64,000 bases of DNA from the NCBI GenBank assembly GCA_044222185.1, contig JBGANV010000002.1:416001-480000 (forward strand), given 5' to 3'. Under the pieces are notes generated by a model. It saw only the letters and a list, made by a program, of their open reading frames with translations, was not told where the DNA came from and made no database searches. This DNA comes from Planctomycetota bacterium (GTDB lineage Bacteria > Planctomycetota > GCA-002687715 > CAIWVZ01). Made by a program: the position numbers and the translations under genes. Each line of letters begins with the position of its first letter. Within the stretch, counting starts at the first letter, position 1. This document shows positions 56,307 to 64,000 of this stretch, one piece after another.

Positions 56307-57455
56307 ATGACCGACCGGCGCACCATCAATCTCGCCATCATCGGGTGCGGCCTCATGGGGCGCGAGCTCGCCTCGGCGGCGGCGCGCTTCTCCCATCTCG
56401 TGAACCTGCCGTTCCGGCCCCGGGTGACCGTCGCCTGCGATTCCAATCCCGAAACGCTGGCGTCGTTCGTTTCCGCGTACCCGGACGTCCGACCGCTGGC
56501 CGACTGGCGCGCGGCGGTGGCGGCGCCGGACGTGGACGCGGTTTACATCGCGGTTCCCCATCGCCTCCATGCGGAGATGTACATCGCGGCGCTCGAGGCC
56601 GGGAAACACCTATTCGGCGAAAAGCCGTTCGGGATCGACGCCCGGGCCAACGCCGCCATCCTGGAGGTCGCCGCCCGCCGTCCCGCTCAGGTCGTCGTGT
56701 GCTCGTCCGAGTTCCCGTTCTTCCCGGGCGCCCAGCGCATCGTTCGCGCGGCGCAGGCGGGCGAATTTGGCCGGATCCTCGAGGTGCGGGCCGGGCTCCT
56801 CCATTCGTCCGACATGGATCCTCAGAAACCCGGGAACTGGAAGCGCGACGCGCGCCAGAACGGAGAGGCCGGTTGCATGGCCGACCTCGGGCTTCATGCA
56901 CTTCACGTCCCCCTGCGGCTCGGCTGGGGACCCCGCGACGTGCGCGCCGTGCTCTCGAAGGTCGTCGCTCAGCGTCCGGATGGGCGCGGCGGGATGGTCG
57001 CCTGCGACACCTGGGACAACGCCACCCTCCTCTGCACCGCCGGCCCGCCTGCCGAGCCGTTCCCGCTCACCGTCGAGATGAAACGCATGGCCCCGGGACA
57101 CATGAACACCTGGTTCCTCGAGGTCTTTGGCACGAGCGTGTCGATGCGGTTCTCCACACGCCACCCGCGCACTCTCGAAACCCTGCGTTACGCCCGCGGC
57201 CGCGAGCAGGCCTGGGAGGTCGCCGATCTCGGCTACGCATCCGCCTACCCGGCCATCACGGGCTCGATCTTCGAGTTCGGGTTCCCCGACGCGCTCCTCC
57301 AGATGCTCGCCGCGTTCTGCGACGAGATCGCCCACGGTCGCTCCTCCATGAAGCAGCCGTTCCACTGCGCCACGCCGCAAGAGACTGCCGCCACGCACCG
57401 CATCTACGACGCGGCGCTGCACTCGTGGCGGGATGGGGTCGTCGTTCCCCTGTGA
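56307..57455 (+). CDS. Gfo/Idh/MocA family oxidoreductase
   Basis: IIGCGLMG, AVPH.LH, GKH..EKP and GCMADLG.H. Confidence 0.9.
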   Translation: MTDRRTINLAIIGCGLMGRELASAAARFSHLVNLPFRPRVTVACDSNPETLASFVSAYPDVRPLADWRAAVAAPDVDAVYIAVPHRLHAEMYIAALEAGKHLFGEKPFGIDARANAAILEVAARRPAQVVVCSSEFPFFPGAQRIVRAAQAGEFGRILEVRAGLLHSSDMDPQKPGNWKRDARQNGEAGCMADLGLHALHVPLRLGWGPRDVRAVLSKVVAQRPDGRGGMVACDTWDNATLLCTAGPPAEPFPLTVEMKRMAPGHMNTWFLEVFGTSVSMRFSTRHPRTLETLRYARGREQAWEVADLGYASAYPAITGSIFEFGFPDALLQMLAAFCDEIAHGRSSMKQPFHCATPQETAATHRIYDAALHSWRDGVVVPL

Positions 57456-57823
57456 TTCACGGCGGGGCGGTGCCGTCCTACGCCCCTCGTCGTTCGATCG
57501 CCGCGCCGGAGCGCCACGTCCTCCGCCGGTTCGGCGGGCACTGGCCGGATCGCCGCGCGTCTCGCGCGCGCCGACGGGGGTGGCTGGTGGTGCGGTCCGA
57601 GATCACTCACGCCCCGTTCGATCCTCGAAGGGCCCTCAGCGCATCGACACCCTCCGGCCCGGACGCCGCGCTGCGCCTCGCTCGTCGGGCGATCCTTCCG
57701 CTCGTCCTCACTCGCTTCGCTATCTGCAGTCGAGCGGCGCTCCCTCGCGATCGCGCGATCGACGCGCGGGGCACCGGCTTCTGAGATACTCTCTCGCGGA
57801 ATCCTTGACCGTCGGAGATCCAA

Positions 57824-59041
57824 TTGACCGAGATCCGTCGAACGATCGAGCGAGCGCTCGCGGCCGGTGACGGCATCCTGCGACTGTCGCCCGCGTGGGT
57901 GCCGCGTGCGTTCCTGAAGCCGGGTGGGCGGCTGGGGCTCGACCCGCGCGATCTCTACCCCTTCGGCACCGAGCGCGGCGGCATCGACGAGCGCTGGCTC
58001 GCGTCGACGGTGACGGCGGACAACCCCGGCGCGCCGCCGGACGAAGGGCTGAGTTACGTCGTCCATCACGGTGAGCGGGTGACGCTGCGCGACGCGCTCA
58101 CGCACCGCGGACCGAGCCTCGTCGGAGATGCGGCAAGTCGGCCCGAGGGCGGGTGGCCCGTCCTCGCGAAGCTCTTCGACAACCAGGGGCCGATCCCGCT
58201 CCATCTCCATCAGGATGACGCGCTGGCGTCGCTCGTGGGACGTCGCGGCAAGCCCGAGGGCTACTTCTTTCCAGCCGAGCTCAACGCCGATCGCGGGGCC
58301 TATCCCGTGACGCACTTCGGGTTGCGCGAGGGCGTCACGCGCGACGACGTGCGCCGATGCCTCGCCCGGTGGTCGAGCGGTGACGCCAGCATCGTCGCGC
58401 TCTCTGAGCCGCATGCGCTGCAGCCGGGCACGGGCTGGATCGTTCCGCCGCGGATCCTGCACGCGCCCGGAACGCTCGTCACGTTCGAGGTGCAGCGGGC
58501 GTCGGACGTCTTCTCGCTCTTTCAGGCGCAGATCGAAGGCCGTCCCGTTCCGCGCGATCTTCTCGTGAAGGACGTCCCGGCGGGTCGGCGCGACGACCTG
58601 GACTGGATCGTGGCGATGATCGATTGGCCCGCGAACACGGACCGGCACTTCGCGCGCGGACACTTCCTCGAAGCGAGGCGCGACGATCGTCGCAGCGGTG
58701 ACGGATGGACCGATCGTTGGGTGATCTATGGTCGGATCGCAGGCGAAGACCTCTTCTGCGCCAAGGAGCTGCGGATCGATCCAGGCGTGCGGGCGACGAT
58801 CCGCGACCCCGCGGCCCACGGCGTGTTCGTCGTCCACGGCGAGGGTCGCATCGGCCCACTGACGCTGAGGCGTCGTGACAGCGTTCGTTTCGGCGAGCCG
58901 ACGGAGGACGAGGTCTTCGTCACCGCCGCCCTCGCGCAGCGCGGCGCCGTCATCGAAAACACGTCCGCCACGGAGCCGCTCGTCCTCATCCGCTGGTTCG
59001 GTCCTGAGGCCAGCCCGGATGCGCCGACGCCAGGGTCGTAG
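57824..59041 (+). CDS. Mannose-6-phosphate isomerase class I-like cupin protein
   Basis: ERW, KLFD..GPIPLHLH, KPEGY and ILHAPG...EVQ.ASD; TTG start after GGAG. Confidence 0.75.
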   Translation: MTEIRRTIERALAAGDGILRLSPAWVPRAFLKPGGRLGLDPRDLYPFGTERGGIDERWLASTVTADNPGAPPDEGLSYVVHHGERVTLRDALTHRGPSLVGDAASRPEGGWPVLAKLFDNQGPIPLHLHQDDALASLVGRRGKPEGYFFPAELNADRGAYPVTHFGLREGVTRDDVRRCLARWSSGDASIVALSEPHALQPGTGWIVPPRILHAPGTLVTFEVQRASDVFSLFQAQIEGRPVPRDLLVKDVPAGRRDDLDWIVAMIDWPANTDRHFARGHFLEARRDDRRSGDGWTDRWVIYGRIAGEDLFCAKELRIDPGVRATIRDPAAHGVFVVHGEGRIGPLTLRRRDSVRFGEPTEDEVFVTAALAQRGAVIENTSATEPLVLIRWFGPEASPDAPTPGS

Positions 59042-59214
59042 CGCGCGCAAGAATCGATCGAGCGACGTGCGCGAAGAGCCTCCTCGCACCTCAGAGTCCG
59101 GCCTCCACATCCGCCACCACCGCCGCTCGGCGCCACGCGAAGTGACGACTGCCGCGGACCTGATTTGACTCGGGTCGCGTTCGCTGCCACGCTGGGCCGC
59201 AACTGGAGTGAACC

Positions 59215-62200
59215 ATGCTCAGAGTGCGGTCCATCGTCGCGTGCCTCGTCGTTCTCATCGCGCGTCAGGCCACGGCTCAGGCGTCGCCGACGCCACCGTC
59301 CGCCGATCGCGCGCTCCTGCTCGTGGCGGAGAACCTTGCCAAGGGATCGGGCAACTGGTTTGCCTACGCGCGGTTCTCGCAGACGCGGCACGTGATCCAG
59401 AAGGGCGACCGGCTCGAGTACGACGTGATGCTGCCGGGCTCGGCCAACCCCGAGCTGAAGGGCGGCGTGGATCTCGATCTGAAGAACGCCAACATCCCGC
59501 GGGCGCTCGATGGACGGCCGTGGATCCGTGACTCGGGGCTCATTGACGAGAAGGGCCTGAAGATCCACGGCGATGCCATCCTCGAGCCTGCGAAGGACCA
59601 CTGGTACCACCGCAGCTTCGACTTGTCGGTAGCGGCAGGCACGGAGGTCCGCGCGTGGACCGCGTCCTTCGAGGGCGACGCCACGGGCCGCTACGTCCAA
59701 CTTCTGTCGAACGTCCGCATCACCCACGACGGCAGGACCGTCGCCGCGGGGTTCCCCGACGGCAAGCCGCTCGACGTGGTCGCCGACAACACGGACGGCT
59801 ACAGCCGCCACGTCATCGCCTACGACATCGCCCGGGAGGACTCGATCACCGACGCCCGCGTCGCCGAGCTGATCAAGAAGGCCGAAGCGCGCAACAAGAT
59901 CCTGGAGGAACGCCGCAAGTTCCGCAGCGAGATGGACGTCGCGCGCGACATCGCCGACGCCACGGGCAACGCCAAGCTCAAGCAGGAGATCGACGACGCC
60001 GCGAAGTTGGAAGACGGCGGCGCCTTCGATGCGGGCGACGACGAGAAGTACGTCGCGTCACTCCACGATGCGCGGCATCGGCTCGCACATGCGCATCCCA
60101 TGATGCGGGAGTTCACGGGTCACCTCGTCGGTCACGCACACATCGACCTGCAATGGCTTTGGTCCTGGGACGAGACCGTCGAGAAGATCATCCCCGAGAC
60201 TTTCGGCCAGGCCGTGAAGTTCATGGACGAGTTTCCCGCGTTCACGTTCTCGCAGAGCTCCGCGGCGCTCTACGCAGTCACCGAGCGACGCTGGCCCGAG
60301 CTCTTCGCCAAGATGAAGAAGTACGTGGCGGACGGTCGGTGGGAGATCGTCGGCGGTCGCTGGAGCGAAGGCGACAACAACATGATCTCGGCCGAGTCGC
60401 ATGCGCGACAGTTCCTCTATGGCCAGCGCTACTTCATGAAGACGTTCGGCCACCCGGCGAAGGTCGGCTGGGAGCCCGACACGTTCGGTCACGCGTGGAC
60501 GATGCCGCAGGTGCTGCGCAAGTCCGGCATCAACTCCTATTACTTCTGCCGCGCAGGCAAGAAGATCCCGCTGTTCCGGTGGGAGAGCCCGGACGGCTCG
60601 CAGGTCCTCGCGTTCGACGAGCCCGCCACGGGCGGCTGGTACAACGACGTCGTCGACGACGAGAAGGTCAAGGAGCTCGCGCGGTTCGCGAAGGAGACGG
60701 GCGCGAAGGACCACCTGATGGTCTACGGCGTCGGCAACCACGGCGGCGGACCCACGCGCGAGCACATCATGGCGGCGTTGGGGATGGACGGCCGCGGGCT
60801 GTGGCCCACGATCCGGTTCTCCACGGCGACGGCCTTCTTCGACAAGCTCGAAGAGGTGGCGACGAAGCTCAAGGCGCCCGTCGTGCGTGACGAGCTCAAC
60901 CCGATCTTCGAGGGCTGTTACACGACACACTCCCGCGTGAAGAAGTGGAACCGCGACTCGGAGGTCATGCTCGAAGCGGCGGAGGCGTTCTCCGCGCTCG
61001 CGACCGGTCCCGGCGCGGCATATCCGCGGGCAGCCTTCGAGGACATGTGGCGCGACGTCTTGTGGAGTCATCACCACGACACGCTGCCGGGCTCGTTCGT
61101 CCACGCATCCGCGTTGTACAGCGCGAAGATCTACGAGTCGCTGCTCGCGCGCGGCGAGGCCATCCGCCGGCGTGCGGAGGCGGCGCTCGCGCGACGGGTC
61201 GACGTCCCCGGTGAAGGCGTGCCCGTGGTCGTCGTGAATCCCGTGGCGTGGCCGCGGACGGACGTCGTCGACGTTTCGGTGGAACTGCCGGCCCCGGCTG
61301 ACGGCGTGACGGTGGTCGGTGCGAGCGGCGAGGTTCCGGTGCAGGTCAACGGTCGCCGCGTCGACGGGGACGTGGTGACGTTCGATCTCTGCTTCGAAGC
61401 GAAGGACGTTCCAGGGCTCGGTGCGGCAGCGTACCGCGTACGCGCGGGCGCCGCTGCGGCGCCCGTTGCGAGCCAGCCGTCGGCGTCGTCGCCGACGACT
61501 TACCAGCTGCTTCACGAGAAGCCCCACGGCATGAGCGCGTGGCAGATCGGCGAATACGACAAGACGACCGACGTGAAGGCGCCCACGACCACCGAGTCGA
61601 TCGAGGCCGGACCGCTGCGCTGGCGCACGCGCCGCGTGATGCATGCGGGGCGTTCGACGATCACCGAGGATCAACTCACGCAGCCAGGCAAGCCCGGCTA
61701 CGCCTGCGACGTGTCGATCGAATGGCTCGAGATCGGCGACAACAAGACCGGCAGCAACATGCTGAAGGCCATGTTCGATACGGGAGTCACGGCGTCGAAG
61801 GCGACGTTCGAGATCCCGTTCGGCGCCATCGCGCGTGACACGAACGGCCACGAGCAGCCCGCGCTGCGCTACGTCGATCTCTCCGACGACACGCACGGCG
61901 TCACGGTCCTGAACGATTGCAAGCACGGGCATGACGTGCAGGACGGGAAGATTCGCGTGACGCTGCTGCGGTCTTCCTATGACCCCGATCCGACGCCCGA
62001 CGTCGGCATGCACCACGTCCGTCTGGCGATGGTTCCTCACGGGGGCCCGTTCGATGCGGCCGCCGCCACGCGCGCCGCGGCCGAGTTCAACAAGCCCATG
62101 CGCGCGTTCGTACGGCGCGATGCTCCCGTGAAGGACGCCCCGGCGACGTCGCTCGGAGTCTCGTGCGCGGCGCCGAACGTCATCATCACCTCGTTGAAGC

Positions 62201-62424
62201 GCGCCGAGGACTCGGACGACTTCATCCTTCGCGCCTACGAGTGCTCGGGAGCGCCCGTCGATGCCCAGATCGAGCTCGGCTTCGATGTGGCGGAGCTGCA
62301 CGAGACGGACTTGATCGAGCGCAACGTCGAACCGGCGCCAGGTTCCGTCAGCTTCGTTCCGCGCCGGATTCGCGCCGCGTTCCGCCCCTGGGAGATCCGG
62401 ACGTTCCGCCTGAAGCCGAAGTGA
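59215..62424 (+). CDS. Secreted GH38 alpha-mannosidase with extra N-terminal beta domain
   Basis: Signal peptide; GHAHIDLQWLW, GWEPDTFGH, FRWESPDGS, YGVGNHGGGP, GCYTT, HHDTLPG, FEIPFG, TLLRS and LKRAED. Confidence 0.92.
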   Translation: MLRVRSIVACLVVLIARQATAQASPTPPSADRALLLVAENLAKGSGNWFAYARFSQTRHVIQKGDRLEYDVMLPGSANPELKGGVDLDLKNANIPRALDGRPWIRDSGLIDEKGLKIHGDAILEPAKDHWYHRSFDLSVAAGTEVRAWTASFEGDATGRYVQLLSNVRITHDGRTVAAGFPDGKPLDVVADNTDGYSRHVIAYDIAREDSITDARVAELIKKAEARNKILEERRKFRSEMDVARDIADATGNAKLKQEIDDAAKLEDGGAFDAGDDEKYVASLHDARHRLAHAHPMMREFTGHLVGHAHIDLQWLWSWDETVEKIIPETFGQAVKFMDEFPAFTFSQSSAALYAVTERRWPELFAKMKKYVADGRWEIVGGRWSEGDNNMISAESHARQFLYGQRYFMKTFGHPAKVGWEPDTFGHAWTMPQVLRKSGINSYYFCRAGKKIPLFRWESPDGSQVLAFDEPATGGWYNDVVDDEKVKELARFAKETGAKDHLMVYGVGNHGGGPTREHIMAALGMDGRGLWPTIRFSTATAFFDKLEEVATKLKAPVVRDELNPIFEGCYTTHSRVKKWNRDSEVMLEAAEAFSALATGPGAAYPRAAFEDMWRDVLWSHHHDTLPGSFVHASALYSAKIYESLLARGEAIRRRAEAALARRVDVPGEGVPVVVVNPVAWPRTDVVDVSVELPAPADGVTVVGASGEVPVQVNGRRVDGDVVTFDLCFEAKDVPGLGAAAYRVRAGAAAAPVASQPSASSPTTYQLLHEKPHGMSAWQIGEYDKTTDVKAPTTTESIEAGPLRWRTRRVMHAGRSTITEDQLTQPGKPGYACDVSIEWLEIGDNKTGSNMLKAMFDTGVTASKATFEIPFGAIARDTNGHEQPALRYVDLSDDTHGVTVLNDCKHGHDVQDGKIRVTLLRSSYDPDPTPDVGMHHVRLAMVPHGGPFDAAAATRAAAEFNKPMRAFVRRDAPVKDAPATSLGVSCAAPNVIITSLKRAEDSDDFILRAYECSGAPVDAQIELGFDVAELHETDLIERNVEPAPGSVSFVPRRIRAAFRPWEIRTFRLKPK

Positions 62425-62450
62425 CGCGAGCTCAGCCGCGGTCGTCGGCG

Positions 62451-63416
62451 CTATGGAGCGCGGCGCGCGCGTTCCATGAACGCTCGCACGTCGGCGAGCG
62501 GCGGCACGCCGTTGGAAGCGCCCGGCGCCTGGATGCCCAGCGCCGCCACGGCATTGCCGAGCGAAACGGCCGCCCGGGTGTCGAGCCCCTCCCGCAGTCC
62601 GGCGATGAAGCCGGCGCACCAGCAGTCGCCGGCGCCCGTGGCATCGACGACCGCGGGGACGGGCCATGGCGGGACGATGGTCGCCTCCTTTCCACGCTCG
62701 TGGACGAACGCGCCCCGCTCGCCGAGCTTCACCACGACGTGTCGCGCGCCGAGGCGATGGAGCGCGATCGCAGCGTCGCCGACGTCGGAGCATCGGGTGA
62801 TCTTCAGCGCCTCGGGCAGCGACGGCACGAAGTAGTCGATGTGTGGAAGCGCGGGCGCGACGCGCCGGTCCCAGTCGGCCGGAGTCGCCGATTCCAGGTG
62901 CACGGTGTCGAGGAGCGTGGTCGCGCCCTGCGCACGAGCGTCGGCGAGGAGTGCGGCCGTCGGATCGCCGTCGAGCGAGTCCATCAGCATCGTGCCTGCG
63001 ACGAAGACGAAGCGACGCCCGTGCAGGGTGTGCGTGGGGACGTCCGTGCGTGAGAGGGCTGCATTCGCTCCACGGGTGTGGATGAAGCTGCGCTCTCCGT
63101 TGGATGCCACGGCGACGAAGGAGAACGACGTGGGCAGCCGCGCATCCCGCACGACCCCGCGCACGTCGAGGCCGTGCTTCGTCAGCTCGCGCAGGACGAA
63201 GTCCCCAAATCCGTCCGTGCCGATGCGGGTGATGACGTCGCACCCCACACCGAGGCGTGCCAACGCGGTGGCGGCGTTGACGGCACAGCCACCGGTCGCG
63301 AGCGTCAACTCGTCGAACAACCGCAGGCCACCGGGCTCCGGGAACACATCCACCGGCCGCGCGATGGCATCGGCAACCGCGATACCGATCACGAGCACGT
63401 CGTGCATGGCGGCCAT
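62451..63416 (-). CDS. PfkB family carbohydrate kinase
   Basis: GGCAVNAA..LARLG, G.D.FG, GERSF, VVKLG..G and VDATGAGD. Confidence 0.92.
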   Translation of the reverse strand: MAAMHDVLVIGIAVADAIARPVDVFPEPGGLRLFDELTLATGGCAVNAATALARLGVGCDVITRIGTDGFGDFVLRELTKHGLDVRGVVRDARLPTSFSFVAVASNGERSFIHTRGANAALSRTDVPTHTLHGRRFVFVAGTMLMDSLDGDPTAALLADARAQGATTLLDTVHLESATPADWDRRVAPALPHIDYFVPSLPEALKITRCSDVGDAAIALHRLGARHVVVKLGERGAFVHERGKEATIVPPWPVPAVVDATGAGDCWCAGFIAGLREGLDTRAAVSLGNAVAALGIQAPGASNGVPPLADVRAFMERARRAP

Positions 63417-63477
63417 GGTATCCGGCGTCGCGCGCGGGCGCGGCTGAGGCGTCCAAGTGATCCGCGACGCCGTCGGA

Positions 63478-63999
63478 TCAGAGCGTGATCTCGTGTGCGT
63501 CGGTCGCCGCGTAGATCCCGTTCGCCGCCCAGGGCGCGGCGCAGAACCCCTGGATGCGGAGCGTGTTCCCGGAGACACCCGGCGGAACTGGCGCATACAG
63601 CGCGATGCCCGCTGGCGTCAGGCCAGGCGCGGGGAACGGCAACGGGGTCAGCGAGCCCGCGATCGTGATCGAGACGTTCAGGTTCATCTGCACGCCGGGG
63701 ATGCCCAGGTTCGGCGGCGGTGCGCCCGTGGTGAAGACCTCAGCCAGGACCACGGGCTGCGCGCTCACGAACGTCCCGAGCGGCGAGTGCATGCGGATCG
63801 AAAGCTGTTGGCCCGTGGTCGCAGGATGCGACGGCGAGTTCGGATCCCCGGCACCTGACACCTGTGTGTAGAGGTGAAGGCGTTCACCGGTTCCGGGTAG
63901 CGTCGCATTGGGGACTTCGTCGACTCCCATGTCGACGACTCCAACGACGCGCGGGCCGCCGTCCAGGTCCGTCGCCGGGAGTCCGAAGGCGCCGCTCGT
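63478..63999 (-). CDS. C-terminal part of a secreted protein with the conserved terminal domain (5' end beyond window)
   Basis: Frame is open to the window edge: TDLDGGPR....DMGVDE, then LPGTGE...VPPGVSG..LRIQG...ANGIYAATDAHEITL. Confidence 0.8.
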   Translation of the reverse strand, partial: TSGAFGLPATDLDGGPRVVGVVDMGVDEVPNATLPGTGERLHLYTQVSGAGDPNSPSHPATTGQQLSIRMHSPLGTFVSAQPVVLAEVFTTGAPPPNLGIPGVQMNLNVSITIAGSLTPLPFPAPGLTPAGIALYAPVPPGVSGNTLRIQGFCAAPWAANGIYAATDAHEITL

Positions 64000-64000
64000 G

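Noticed and set aside
48548-56446. 1185-aa and 1396-aa ORFs on the - strand
   Set aside because: Antisense to the FG-GAP, kinase and aldolase genes, which carry clear motifs.
57456-57823. 370-bp gap as an ncRNA or small gene
   Set aside because: No recognisable RNA family, strong hairpin or convincing ORF.
60058-63456. 1132-aa ORF on the - strand
   Set aside because: Off-frame or antisense to GH38 and PfkB; no recognisable domain.

Overview
High-GC bacterial window with about 42 plausible CDS. It is probably from Planctomycetota, inferred from FG-GAP adhesin-like proteins, a Ser/Thr kinase-FGE fusion and a secreted prenyltransferase-repeat protein. I recognised no rRNA, tRNA, CRISPR array or transposase. 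Housekeeping and metabolic genes include glgP, rbsK, nadK, mraY, a RidA-family gene, two GH38 glycosidases, a sugar-catabolism cluster, a YtrA-ABC operon and an ArsR-SRPBCC-VOC operon. Four observations stand out. (1) One ~1300-aa polypeptide fuses MurG, a degenerate FHA domain, MurJ and HEAT-like repeats, and is translationally coupled to an orphan mraY, giving a two-gene lipid II make-and-flip module. (2) A patatin is paired with an NDT/TIR-like-TPR-SLOG (ASK1-like) protein, resembling a nucleotide-signalling defence system. (3) A conserved ~140-150 aa terminal domain is shared by five otherwise unrelated secreted proteins and is a candidate sorting or surface-anchoring signal. (4) A PhoD-like + permuted papain-like + neutral ceramidase operon suggests lipid processing. 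All calls come from reading motifs by eye; no database searches were run.
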